A stretch of DNA of 64,000 nucleotides from Torpedo marmorata (Eukaryota), in assembly GCA_977017645.1 (NCBI GenBank), contig OZ360227.1, positions 125,302,001 to 125,366,000 on the forward strand, written 5' to 3'. Shown here one piece after another: positions 1 through 11,967 of this stretch; positions within the stretch are counted from its first letter, which is position 1, and each line of letters starts with the position of its first letter. Made by a program: the position numbers and the translations under genes. The notes below the pieces were generated by a model. It did not search any database. It saw only the letters and a program-made list of their open reading frames with translations, and was not told the origin of the DNA.

Positions 1-769
1 ATTGCTTGAAAGGGAACTATTGAGAAAATAAAATAAAAATCCTGGCTATAGATGACCTGACTTTACTTTTAAATCCAACTTTATGTACATCCTCCTGTAC
101 ATTTTAAAGCATATTTCAAGATGATGATGATAATAATAATAAAATATTTTGTGGTATTTATTAATGGCAGAATACATTAGTTTAATTTTGGGTAGAGATA
201 AGGTGAATCTTTGATGAAATCGAAGAATTATAGCAAGCATATGCAGAGCGATACGATGTAAGTAGCCATAGAAAATGTTTGTTTCTAACTTACAGACATA
301 TCAGCTGACTAACAATTCTCAGGAATGGAACCATCACATAACCTGGGGACTGCCTGTAACCTCTTCATTAGGGGATTAAAGACCACTATTCTGATCTCTC
401 CATGGTCAGGAAATAGCTGGTTAACTGGCATGCTCCAAGGTATTAAATGATCAATTTTATTAGAATTAGTGCAAGTCTGCTATTCTCATGGATGAAATTT
501 GTTGACCGACACATCTCAGGCTGAACCTAACCTCTCCTCATCCAATAGGAATGTGCGAGAGAAGGAAGGGGAGAGCAATTAAAAAATGACTTCAATTCCA
601 AGATAATAGGTTTAATGTCATGATTGGGTCGGAGGGCCTTATTGGGATCTGACTAGAGTATTACTTGGAGAGTGGTGGTGGCTTGTTTTGTCAGACAACA
701 CCTCTTGGGAGCTGCAGGATGTCCAGAAAATAAGCTAATATTTTAAACTTTTAGTTAGCTAGGAGAAGC

Positions 770-1085
770 AAGAACACTTAGCCAGACTTCCCCTCCTTCA
801 CCTTTTAACCATGTTTGCCTCTAAACCTTAACATTTACAACCTGGTTTGCCCACCTGCTGTCTAAAATCCTGCTCCAGTCTACTCACAGGTTTCAATTCC
901 TGCTGCATTCAACCATTAATCCAATTAAAATGAGGCTCTGGATCTCAAATGACAAAGTTCTACTCCAGTGCTGGCATCAAAACTTGTTGGACTGGATTCC
1001 ATTTAAGCTATTTTTTTAATTTTAAGCTATGGTATTTAAATGTTTAAATGTTACCAAGGACCTTTGCAGTCTCCCAAATGCTGAG
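770..1085 (+). mobile_element. Old LINE (L2-like) remnant
   Basis: Degenerate similarity to L2 ORF2 (e.g. caaaacttgttggactggattcc); no ORF; boundaries approximate. Confidence 0.35.
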
Positions 1086-1971
1086 TTAAAGAGATCAAGC
1101 AAAAAAAAAACTACTGAGTTCAATGGTGACAAGGTTTGTCTATGATCTCAGAAAACTATAAGTTCACATGTCTCTCAAAGTCAAAGTCAAGATCAAACTC
1201 AATTTCAGAAAACTTGGTTTAGGTCCTTCGAGGCCATATCTGCTAAGATATACCACACGTGATACTTTGTTGCTCCGTCTGCATTGTATCAGTGTAAAAA
1301 AAACTATTTGAAAGTGGAGACATTTCAATTATTGGGTTAATGTGACTTTAACATTCCCACCTCAATAGAGTTCACAATAGATGCTCATGTGTCACAAACT
1401 CCTTCCTTGAAGCTTCTTGCCATGTGTCTTTTGTACTAGGGGGCTGTCTCCTGCATGTATTTAGGTTCAGAAATCTACACAGGTTCCTTTTTAAAACCAG
1501 AGGAAGTTGATCACTTCCCTCCCATCACTGTAGTATGGACTCAGTCATTGCCAACACCCCCCTTTAGCTGAAAGAGTACTGGTTGTATTGTAGATTGAGC
1601 CTTTAAAGGCCAGATAATGGCATCAGAACTGGGAAAGAAACTGGAAGATTAAGGTCTCACTTCTTTGGTCAGATTATTTTTCAATTTTTACTTAATTATG
1701 CTTGATTGCATTATTAGGAGTTAGTTCTCCTGTCCGTGAATAGCATCAGTTGTAATTTAGAATCATTTGGTTGAAAATCTTAACAGAAATTATCTTTGAG
1801 TGTAACATTACCATTGTCATCATTGGGTTGTTAGAGTGGCAAGAAAATAGTGTGAGGGTACATGAGTTTCTCTGAATTCCAGAAACATGTACAAAAGTTT
1901 TGTGAGTTTCAACTGTAAAGAATTGTTTTATTTTACTGGTGTACCCTTAAATTCAACCTCTCTTTTCTGTT

Positions 1972-2490
1972 TAGACTGGATAGGCTGAGACTTTTCTCTC
2001 TGGTAAAATATGAAAGTCTGCAGATACCATGGTTGAAGTAAAAACACAATGCTGGAGAAACTCAGCAGGTTAAACAGTGTATACCTTGATGAAGGGCTCA
2101 AGCCCGAAACATTGGTTATCTATCTTTATCTTTGCTATATAAAGTACACTGTTTGACCTGCTGAGTTTCTCAAGCATTGTGTTTTCACTTTTCGCCCAGG
2201 AATGTAGGAGGTGAAGGGTGGGTAGTGGGGGAGGGCGGTGGGAACCTTATTGAGGTTTATAAGATTATGAAGGACATAGGTAAGATAAATAGCCATTGCC
2301 TTTTACTCAGAGTAAATTAATCTAAAATTAGAGGTCATGGATTTTTGGTGAGTGGGGAAAGATTTAAAAGGGATTCAAGAGGCAACTTCTTCACACAGAG
2401 CTTGATGGGTACATGGAACAAGCTGCCAGAGGAAGAGGTAGAAGTGGGGACAATTGTAATGTTCAAAGAGTATTTAGATAGCTACATGGT
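1972..2490 (+). mobile_element. CR1 LINE 3' fragment, interrupted at about 2004-2187 by a Penelope fold-back insert
   Basis: Typical CR1 ORF2 C-terminal DNA (ggataggctgagacttttctc...cttattgaggtttataagattatga...ttcacacagag...ggaacaagctgccagagg...tatttagatag). Confidence 0.8.
2004..2187. mobile_element. Penelope-like (PLE) terminal-repeat fold-back insert containing a hammerhead motif
   Basis: Inverted arms 2041-2081 and 2145-2185 (39/41 match) flank ACC-TTGATGA-A-GGGC-TCAA-GCCC-GAAAC-ATT-GGT (2083-2116). A degenerate flanking direct repeat is present (acttttctctctgg / acttttcgcccagg). Confidence 0.8.
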
Positions 2491-3449
2491 AGTAGAATCC
2501 TTACTTTTAGGTATTACCTGACTGGCAAATATTTTACACTGAACCATTCTCCATTAGCCTTATTTTACTTTAACAACTGCGAATTTATAAAAGTAGATGA
2601 CTGCTTTTACTATTTTCTACTTTTATCATCACTTTTACTACCAACCGGTTACATCAATGAGAATGCCTGCAAATAAAATCTGAAACACTTAATCACCAGC
2701 TATGGACAGATACAACAAATTACACCAGGTGCCATCAGCACTTGTGATTTATCATGACCTTAGTTCTGAAACTTGAGAATGAACAAAGCCAATATCTTCA
2801 CTCGCATTGATTGTTTGATTTGAATGACTAATTAGAAATTCTGACACAATGATTGCAAAATAAATACAGCATGAAATTAGCTTTTTAGGTTTATGATACA
2901 ATCACTAGCTTCAGAATATTTAAAATGTGATTATCTCTGTTCAAATTCATATTTAGATATTTAATATTGGTATCTGTATGTCAGATTTCTTGCCATAAAA
3001 TATTCTGCACCAAGAATCGTGCTTTAGAAACTCAGTCAGATTACCCAATCCAGTGCCAAATTCTAAATGGCTGTTTCTTTAAATCTTTTCTGGTAAAGAG
3101 GATTTAAGTGACATCAGTCCTCACAGTGCAAACCAAATGTTTGTTGGCCCAGATTTAACAGTCGGCAGTGAAGGGACAGTTCTCACTGTTGATCTTGAAC
3201 ACACCTATCCACAAACATTCAGCAGATTCTATCGCAATGATTTTCCTTACTCTGAGGTGACTTTCAGCCTGACACTGGGGCTAAATTTAAGAATTCATAA
3301 GGGCAATAAACCAGGAGGTTTATGAAAAGTGTTTCAATTATTTTAATAAAAGTGAAAATAAATAGGTATGTACGCATTGGATTAAGATTGAATTCTGAAA
3401 TATCAAATAAATTTTAAAACAAAAAATTAAAAAGATAATTGTGAATGAA

Positions 3450-3722
3450 GGCTGGAGTATATTGGCGTAGTGGTTAGCGTAACGCCTTTACAGCGGCAGC
3501 GATCGGGACCGGACCTGGGTTTGAATCCCGCGCTGTCTGTAAGGAGTTTGTACGTTCTCCCCATGTCTGCGTGGGTTTTCTCCGGGGGCTCCAGTTTCCT
3601 CCCACCTTTCAAAATGTACCAGGGGTGTAGGTTAATGGGGTGTAAATTGGGCGGCACAAACTCGTAGGGCTGAAATGGCCTGTTACAGTGCTGTATGTCT
3701 AAATTTAAAAAAATTAAAATTC
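3450..3722 (+). mobile_element. tRNA-derived V-SINE (HE1-like)
   Basis: A-box TGGCGTAGTGG (3463-3473), B-box GGTTTGAATCC (3518-3528), V-domain ggagtttgtacgttctcccc...gggttttctccgggggctccagtttcctcccac, AT-rich tail. Confidence 0.9.
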
Positions 3723-5004
3723 ATTCGTTTCTCAGGGCCAGGGAGGTTGTTCTACAGTATTTATGACTTTGTGCTTTGCTGAGTCTTATTTTACAATATT
3801 TAACATAACATTGTTTTTCAAAGCAAGAATTGTGCATTAAAAATTGAAATTCACATGAATCCACCAATTCAGCTTGGACTTGCTTAGCAAAGGTCACATC
3901 CTGTGGAGAAGTAATATATCAGCGACAGCAATTTCTTGCATTTCTACATTTAATTCTACCAATGCGTGGAAGCACATGTGAATTTGCTGTCTCTTTTAAA
4001 AAATATACAACAACTATTGCTGGTTTCAAAGTCATTGCAACCCAACATTTTGGGTCATTCATTGGAAACCCAAACATTTATAAACAAATGACACTTTAGG
4101 TAAGGCTGCAAGCAACAAACAAAACCAGTGTTCATTTCTTGCAGTAAATAGAGAATATTTGAACAGTTCACATTTCTGGAAGATGGAAATTTCATTAGCG
4201 TTTATTTCCATTATTAATTATTAAAGGGAGTGCACTTGACTGAGTCACACTCAGATAGTCCCTCCAGTAAAAACACATTCCTTAAGAATGTAATTTACCT
4301 TCAATAACATGCATGAGCAGTCCAAAAGATGGTTACTATGTTACATTCTCCAATTTTCCACAAGCTAACAATTACTTCTTGAATAAAGCTGGTATTGAAA
4401 ATTCATAACTACAAAATGCACTCAAAAGGATCATTTGTTATGACGTTTGGGATCAAAGCCAAAACCATAACACTTAATAAATTTTGGCTTTGTTATGGTA
4501 ATTTATAAAGACTATATATATGCTTTAAGTTTTGGTAATCACCCCCCACCACACCACCCCTGAGTGCTTTCAAAAGATAATTAGCTATAAGTCTACAAAT
4601 GAATGTAAGCCGTATATCCGACCTGTTCAGATATTCCTCCAATATCATTGATCTTACTCCCAGAAAGGCTTTTGGGGATTTGCGAAATCTCAGCTGAGGC
4701 AAGTACTGCCAAGTCTTTCAAAGGATATGAATTGTGAAAATTCTTGGGAAAGCCCTTCTAGTATGTCCTTTAACATGAAGCAGAAGATCCATCAACTGCA
4801 CCCCTGAAACTGAAATATAGGTATGGCAGTAATTCAAAGGAGTTGGGTTTTGACCCTTATTCTGACTTCCTTCCAAATGGAAATCAGTTTTATACATGCT
4901 ACCATACCACAAGATTTTTGCTGACCCTCAGAATTCATTGTGGTAACCTGATAGGATGAGATAAATGAAAAACAAGCTGCATTATGGCCCTTAACTGTTT
5001 CTTT

Positions 5005-5245
5005 TTGTGAAAGCTATTACAGTGCCAGCGACCCAAGTTTGAATCCAATGCTGTCTGTAAGGAGCTTGCTCGCTCTCTCCGTACCTGCGTGAGATTTCCA
5101 CAGGTGCTCAGGTTTCCTCACGCCCTCCAAAAACCTATGGGTTGGTAGGTTAATTGAGTGTAAATTGTTGGCATGGGTTTCAATGGCCAGAATCGGCTTC
5201 TACCATGTTGTAAATAAGTAAATAAGCAATTAATTAAATAAATAA
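5005..5245 (+). mobile_element. Older V-SINE copy
   Basis: Diverged copy of the 3450-3722 family (gtttgaatcc...gctgtctgtaaggag...ggtttcctc). Confidence 0.75.
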
Positions 5246-5265
5246 AAGGTGGACTTCTCTTATCC

Positions 5266-5722
5266 AGGCAAAACCCTCCCCACTATCGAGAACATCTACA
5301 GGGAACGCTGCCGTTGGAGAGCAGCAGCAATCATCAAAAACCCACACCACCCAGCACATGCTCTGTTCTCGTTGCTGCCATCAGGAAAGAGGTAGAGGTG
5401 CCACAAGACTCGCACCACCAGGTTCAGGAACAGCTGCTACCCCTCCACCATCAGACTCCTCAATGACAAACTCAATCAGAGACTCATTTAAGGACTCTTA
5501 CTTGTGCACTTTATTGATTTTCTTTTTTATTCTCTCTGTATTGCACTCTGTATTATCTGTTTACAGTTCTTTATTTGTTTACATGTATACGCTGTGTAAC
5601 AGTTTTTTTTGCATTACGAATTAGTGGTAATTCTGTCGCGCCCGCAGGAAAAAGAATCTCAGGTTGTATGTGATGTTATGTATGTACTCTGACAATAAAT
5701 CTGAAATCTGAAATCTGAAATC
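5266..5722 (+). mobile_element. Rex1/Babar-type LINE 3' end
   Basis: ORF2 tail ([37 protein letters not shown]), 3' UTR, AATAAA and (TCTGAAA)n tail; very similar to the inverted copy at 60277-60750. Confidence 0.88.
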
Positions 5723-7525
5723 CTATCCTTATCCTGCCTGACTATTATTGGAACAATGTTGACATGTTAATGAAGGGCTAAGAAAGACCCCAATATTACT
5801 AAGTTGTTGATCTCAGAGACAGATTTTACCACACATAAAGACAGACAATAATATTGCGTTAGAGATCCATTTCATGCTCAACTAAAACCAGCATTTGACA
5901 TGCATAGAACAAATATATTTTTTAGCAGTTAGTGACATAATTCAGCTAACAAGCAAATGATATTTTCATCATTCAGCCCATTCTGGAAAAAAGCCCATTA
6001 TTTTTACAGAGAATCGAGTACAATTATACTAAATTAAAACATAAGCCACAAAAGAGAATGATTGTAATTTATATCCTGTTCATTTGTAGTTAGGTCTTTC
6101 CTGAAGTCTTTACCTCTAACATCTGGAATAGATCCAAATGGTTGTTTATTTCTAATTCCCACATGCCTGATGTGAAAATCAAGGCACATCACATGAATGT
6201 TTTACTGCACAGACTTGTATGGCTCATTTATTAACTTATGCAGTAATCGGAGGTAAAACCTTATATCAAGTGTATTGTAACATTTTTAAGTTCATGAAAA
6301 TAGCAGCAATGAATTAAATTTATTTCACTTGAATTATTAAACACAATTAGATTGGGGTGGTGTGATATATTTACAGAATAAGCAAATAGATCACTTAACG
6401 TACAAGTAATGAAGTCACGAGTTTACTTTTACTCCCAATGGTCATACTTGACAATGGTAGCCATGCTGCAAACTATTTTTATAATGAAATGCTGATACAA
6501 AATGCCCAGGTAACTCATCTGTTAAGCTCAATGTGGAACTCTACTGCACAGATTTAAAAAAAACCCAGCAAGGCCATAAAATGCATCAGGACTGATTCTA
6601 ACAAATGAGAGACAGGTGGGGTTTTGATAAAAAGCCCCTTGTGCAAAATATTACTTCCATTTGTTCTTCAAATTTGTTGCCTGATCTGTTAAATTTTTAG
6701 AAAGTTATTTTTGTTTCAAATTTTCAGCAATTGAGCTTGTTTATTCCTTAAAGATGTTTCAAATCAGCAGGCCACACTCCTGATCCCCAGCTTATAATAT
6801 CTGCTAAAAGATTTGTGTTTATGAACATCTGGTACTGGTAGAATCCAGCTCCCATTCTACAACATTGTTGGGTAAGCTGCTAGGACCTACTAGCGAGTAA
6901 AATCGGGGCCCTGGGGATGAGTGATTAACCTGCAATTAAAAATTTGCCAACTTGTGGTGCTTGCCCATTGTAGTATCTTCAGCATGTCGCCAGAGTTAAG
7001 GCTGCTATTGACTGTCCAGATAAATCACCAGAAAGCACATTATTGGAACTACTTAATACCATCAATATGAGCAACATGCATTTTAAGGTAGTAAAAAGTT
7101 CCATCACCTCATGGAAGCCATATGATAGGAAATCGCACACAAATGTGAGGGGACATACTATAGCAGAAGACTATACAGTAAAAGGAAATTATTTTTAAGG
7201 CGTGACTTAAAGGAGAATTTAAAAAAATGGTGGTGCTGCCGGAGCTACTGCAACGCAGTGCTGCCGCTGGTGCAGATCCGCCGAGAGGGAGGAGAGGAGA
7301 CACAGCGCCCCTCCGAAGGCTTCTAACGCCCTGTCCAACTTCCGATGGCTCCGTACAGACTTTAAACAGCCTATTAAAGGAGCCGATTGTGTTTATTTTA
7401 AAATCCTCCGACCATGGGGTTTAGGCCCAAGATGGCGGCGCCTGTGATTGGCAGCAGCCACAAAGTGTTGCAGACTCCAGGGAAGTGGAGGACTGGTGCA
7501 GGGCACCAGAAAATGGGGATACCAC

Positions 7526-7734
7526 TGTGGTAAACCACTATGTATAGGTTGTGGCTGGGTGATATGTCTGGACATGCCCTCTGCTGACTGTCCCGGTGGC
7601 TCCTCCCACAGACTCCCTGAATAAAGGCGATTGTGCCACCACTCCTCCCCCAGTCCGGGACAGATTACCAGCATGGATGTAACTCCATTCTTTTGCTAAT
7701 AAAAGCCTTTCAATTCAAATACAACTTCTAGTCA
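7526..7734 (+). mobile_element. 3'-truncated LTR (Gypsy-like solo LTR)
   Basis: Starts TGTGGTAAACC, has a TATA-like gaataaagg and AATAAA at 7698-7703, and is cut off by the T-rich L1 tail; no TSD recoverable. Confidence 0.55.
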
Positions 7735-8332
7735 TTTTTTAAAATATTTTATTTAAATTTTAAAATCACAAAATACATAGATCAAAAATAATATATCATT
7801 CCAAATACATGTGATATATTTCCTCCCTCCCTCCCACCCTCCCCTCCCCAACCCCCCCTACAACTACTCTAAAGAAAAAAAAAAAAATTAAAAACAAAAA
7901 GAGAAAAAAAAAAGAATAAAAGGAAAAAAATTGAATAATAAAGAATTAAAGTGAGGAGAAAACAAACTACAAACTAATTCTATTTATATATTGGAGGTTA
8001 ATTTCGCCAGCGGAGCCGACTTCCAGAGAATTAATTCATACCCATAATTCTCATATATGGGCTCCAAATTTTCAAAAAGAAATGATATTTATTACGTAGA
8101 TTATACGTAATCTTTTCTAATGGTATACATGAACGTAATTCTGCATGCAATCTATCTAAATTCAAATCTAAATCTGATTTCCAAGTAATAGCAATACATT
8201 TTTTTGAAACCGCTAAAACAATTCGTAAAAATTCTATTTGATACATATTTAATCTATTTCTAATACTAAATTTTTTAATATCTCCAAATAAAAATAACAT
8301 AGGATCCATTGGAAACATAATATTAAAAATTC
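7735..8332 (-). mobile_element. L1/Tx1-clade LINE 3' end
   Basis: ORF 8031-8318(-) ...LFLFGDI...LAVSKKCIAITWKS...SCIPLEKITYNLRNKYHFFLKIWSPY is the typical fish L1 ORF2 C-terminus, followed by a G/T-rich 3' UTR, AATAAA and an A-rich tail. Confidence 0.85.
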
Positions 8333-8544
8333 TAGAGGCAAATCCACGGACACTCCGTGACTCTGGAGGGACTCTCTTTTGCTTCTCTTTCTCTGACTGT
8401 AAGAGACGCCTGGCAATTTCTGCTGATGGCGAATCTGTCTGCCTACAGCAGACTAAAGCAAATTTTGTGTAATATTATACTTGTTTTATTACATGACAAT
8501 AAATAAATCTTGAATCTTGAATCATGAATTAAGACCTTGAATCT

Positions 8545-8800
8545 TAATTCGGGAGGCAATCATTCATTTAAACTGAAGCATGTCGGAACTTCTTGTAAGG
8601 GTCGTTAATCTCTGGGTTGTGGAGGCTGGATCACTGAGGGGATTTTAAAAAGGAAGTAGATTTTTTTTGAAAGATCAAGGATTTGGGGCTATGTAGAAGA
8701 GGAGACAAAGTCTGGTGCAGATCAGCTATTATTGCATTCAATGGTGGGTCAGGCTTTATAGCCAAAGTGGTTTCTTCCTGCTTGCATATTCTTATGTTCT
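8545..8800 (+). mobile_element. CR1 3' end remnant
   Basis: gttgtggaggctggatcactgag...ggtgcagatcagctatt...cttcctgcttgcatattcttatgttct matches the CR1 3' UTR. Confidence 0.6.
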
Positions 8801-8814
8801 AATGTTCACACCAG

Positions 8815-9045
8815 AAAGAAGATAGAGAGATGGAGAGCACTAGGAGAGGAATTTCAGACCCTGAGCTCTGTGTTAGCTGAAGGCACAGCCACCAGGGCAG
8901 GGTTATTAACTTTGGCGATCATCAAGGTGTGGTGTTTTGAACAGGACTGGAGTAGTTTACAGAGAAAGGGAGAGGCAAGACTACGACAGGATTTGAAGAG
9001 AATTATGAAAACTTTAAAACTGAGATTTTGCTGAACAGGAGTGAT
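8815..9045 (-). mobile_element. L2 LINE remnant
   Basis: gagagatggagagcactaggagaggaatttcagaccctgagc...ggatttgaagagaattatgaaaact resembles the antisense L2 3' region. Confidence 0.5.
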
Positions 9046-9047
9046 AA

Positions 9048-9345
9048 TTAAATTTAAACTTAAATTTAAATTAAACAAATTTAATTAAATTTTAAATTTA
9101 GACATACAGCACGGTAACATGCCCTTTCGGCCCACGAGCCCATGCCACCCAATTACACCCAACTAACATACAACCCCTGGTACGTTTCGAATGGTGGGAG
9201 GAAACCGGAGCCCCTGGGGAAAACCCATGCAGACACGGGGAGAACGTACAAACTCCTTACAGACAGCACGGGATTCGAACCATGGTCCCGATCGCTGGCA
9301 CTATAACATCGTTGCGCTAACTGCTACGCAAACCATGCTGCCCGC
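9048..9345 (-). mobile_element. V-SINE (HE1-like)
   Basis: Reverse complement of the 3450-3722 family; B-box (ggattcgaacc on +) and an expanded (TTTAAA)n tail at 9048-9100. Confidence 0.9.
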
Positions 9346-9534
9346 AAAAGGGACTTGGCTTGTGGTTGGACAGAGACAGCAGAGATTTGTCTGTTAAGCT
9401 CCATGAATTGCTCTTCCCTTCCCTCTCTCGCAGTAAAGTGGAGCATCAGTGACAAAATACCTGTAGGTATTAGATCAACTCTGCCATTACCTGATTTCTT
9501 GAAATTAGAAAGTTCTATATTCACACCATTGGAT

Positions 9535-10030
9535 ACCCAAATGGAATGTGAGTTGTTGTTTTTCTAATTTGCATTTGGCCTCACTGTGGCAGTGGAGAAA
9601 GCTGAGAGCAGACAGGTTTGTGGAATAGGAAGGGGAGTTGAATTGACATGCAACCAGCTGACACTATTTGACCTGCTGAGCTTCTCCAGCATTTGTGTTT
9701 TTACAGCTGACAACTATGTGGTCCACAAAATGGTCACCTAGTCTTGGAGATGTAGCGATAAATTCCACTTATCAGCTTTTGGCTTGATATTCCCCTTTCC
9801 TCCTCTCCACTTGGCTCCATCTGCCCATATTTTTCCCTCATCTGATTCCATCTATCACTTGCCAGCCCCTCTCTCAAACTTCCACCCATCTGCTCACTCA
9901 CCTGGCTTCATCTGCCTATCATCCCCTACCTCACCTGATTCCATTTCTCACCAGCCAGCCCCTGCCCCGCCCCTCCCACCGACTTATTTCTACTGGCTAG
10001 CTTCTGATACAGGGTCTCAACCCAAAATAC
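9535..10030. mobile_element. Penelope-like fragments (GIY-YIG region on -, terminal repeat on +)
   Basis: agttgttgtttttctaatttgcatttggcctc (antisense LEEQHLIF region), gacctgctgagcttctccagca, a pyrimidine-rich UTR and a decayed hammerhead tctgatacagggtctcaacccaaaat. Confidence 0.6.
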
Positions 10031-10044
10031 AGTCCGTTTGCCGG

Positions 10045-10650
10045 TTCATGTGTTGCTTGACCAGTCTCAGCTGGTCCCTAAACACCAATTCCATAGTCAA
10101 GAAAGCCCAGCAGCATCTTTACTTCCTGCGAAGGCTGAGGAAAGTTCATCTCCCACCCCCTATCCTTACTACATTCTACAGGGGATGTATTGAGAGTATT
10201 CTGAGCAATTGCATCACCGCTTGGTTTGGTAACTGTACCACCTCGAACTGAAAGACCCTGCAGAGGATAGTGAGGGCAGCGGAGAAAATTATTGGAGTCT
10301 CTCTTCCCACCATGACGGACATCAACAACACACGATGCATGAGGAAGGCTAATAACATTGTGAAGGACTTCTCACACCCCTTTGGTAAACTGTTTTCCCC
10401 TTTGCCATCTGGAAGGAGGTACTGAAGCACTCGGGCTCGTACGTCCAGACTGTGCAACAGTTTTTTCCCCCAAGCCATCAGGCTCCTCAATTCCTAGATA
10501 TATATGTGTATTAGCATGTTATAGTTTTTTCTATTGTATTATGATATTTATGTACATCTGCCCATGGTCCTGGAGAAACGCTATCTCATCTTATTGTGTA
10601 TATGGTAATGAACGACAAATAAAGGTGACTTGACTTGACTTGACTTGACT
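10045..10650 (+). mobile_element. Rex1/Babar-type LINE 3' fragment
   Basis: LSWSLNTNSIVKKAQQHLYFLRRLRKVHLPPPILTTFYRGCIESILSNCITAWFGN (DUF1891-like region); (TTGAC)n tail. Confidence 0.88.
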
Positions 10651-11269
10651 CGAGTTCTTCCAGCACTTTGTTTGGTTGCATTAATCATAATGGGCTAATA
10701 TCTTCATTAATTTTACAAGAATCAAATTAAAAAGGCCATGTCCCATTTTAAAAATAGCAAGAACTAAAAGGCATCCCCCATGAACTCTTTTATGGAGAGT
10801 TTTAGACTTAAATCCACAGTCTCAACATCCACATCTGGGAAGAGGAGGCCATATCAGGGAACATTAGAAATGCTGTCATCAATTCTATGCCCAAGAAGGG
10901 AAACTAGTATGGCTACAGTAACTACATTAAATAACATTAAATGTCCTTTGTGAGTGGACCTATCTTTAGAACTAACGATGAACTATTCAACTTGTTGTTA
11001 CTACAGTTCAGAACCTAGGTCAGCTGAACCGCGATAGCCAAGCTGTTCTGTGCAGACAACTCCTGCCTTTAAATGTATGTCAGGTCGAGCTACAAACCAC
11101 TGTTAATTTGTTCACTTTAGTATCTGAGAGAATGGTCTTATACTTAATGTCTTCAAAACAAGGATTCTCTACCAACCTGTCCCCACTGTACAAATTTGCA
11201 TTCTGACAATAAAGATTCACATCAAAATCTTGAAAATGTGAACCCATATTGGATGACAATAACCCTTGT

Positions 11270-11380
11270 AAAAACACATAGAAATGCTGGAGGAACTCAG
11301 CCGGTTTCGCAGCATCCATATATTACCAACGTTTCGGGCCTGAGCCTTTTTTCAAGGTATATGCAAGAAACAGGAAGGTA
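11270..11380 (-). mobile_element. Penelope terminal-repeat fragment with hammerhead motif
   Basis: Minus strand reads acc-ttgaaaa-aggctcaggccc-gaaac-gtt-ggt, followed by gctgagttcctccagcatt. Confidence 0.75.
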
Positions 11381-11715
11381 TCTGACCCTTGGCCTCCTTT
11401 ATGTCTTTAATACCTGGATGAATAACAGCAGGCGCCTCAAGATCCTCGGAAGATATTATTGCAATCTCTACAAAATCTTCTAAATCCTCTGGAAGGATAA
11501 GCAAATCATTGTCAGTGTTTTATCCCAGGCCAACGTCACCAGCATAGAAGCCATAATTATGCTCAGCTGGCTCTATAGGACAAACTATGTTGCTTACATG
11601 CACCCAGTTGCTGAAACAAAATCTGTTCATTACTTTATCATGGGAAGAGATTATGTGGGAAAAGAGAAAAAGCTGCAAGTCTGGGCTCAAAGCCTCAGAG
11701 AAATAAAAGAGACAT

Positions 11716-11913
11716 TGTACTCGCGGGTCTCAAACCGCCATCGGACACAACGGGGCGTCCGGAACTACGCGCTCGGGGCGGGACTTCCGGAAAGGGCGCT
11801 GACGTCACGTCCGCCCCGGGAATAGATCAGTGTTTTGAATCCAGTAAAGACTCCATGATTGAACTCCACAGTCTCTGCGTCTTTAATCGATAGCGCGCCG
11901 TAGCGCGACTATA
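11716..11913 (+). repeat. Gypsy 5' LTR
   Basis: Direct repeat of 16617-16802. It lacks 10 nt (gcgacacgca) near its start and ends ...gcgactata. Contains GGGGCGGGAC (GC box), ACTTCCGGAA (ETS-like), TGACGTCA (CRE) and AGTAAA. Confidence 0.95.
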
Positions 11914-11914
11914 T

Positions 11915-11928
11915 TGGTGACCCCGACG
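11915..11928 (+). other. Primer-binding site, tRNA-Trp
   Basis: TGGTGACCCCGACG matches the first 14 nt of the tRNA-Trp PBS (TGGTGACCCCGACGTGAT, as in alpharetroviruses) and lies 1 nt after the LTR. Confidence 0.9.
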
Positions 11929-11967
11929 CTCCAGACGGCATCTGGAGTTAAAGAAGCAGCATCGACC

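Larger units (their letters stand above)
7226..8545 (+). mobile_element. Non-coding GC-rich retroposon (5' part 7226-7525, 3' part about 8331-8545), split by an LTR and an L1 fragment
   Basis: GC-rich head with the YY1-type motif AAGATGGCGGC (7429-7439). The 3' part ends in AATAAA plus (TCTTGAA)n and matches 31111-31372 on the minus strand. Linking the two parts into one element is inferred. Confidence 0.55.

Noticed and set aside
3450-3535. tRNA gene (also at 24544, 9260-9345, 17900-17978)
   Set aside because: The A/B boxes belong to SINE heads that run into the V-domain; there is no proper cloverleaf.
4640-4815. Minus-strand coding exon
   Set aside because: A plausible acceptor exists, but all three frames contain stops and no protein is recognisable.
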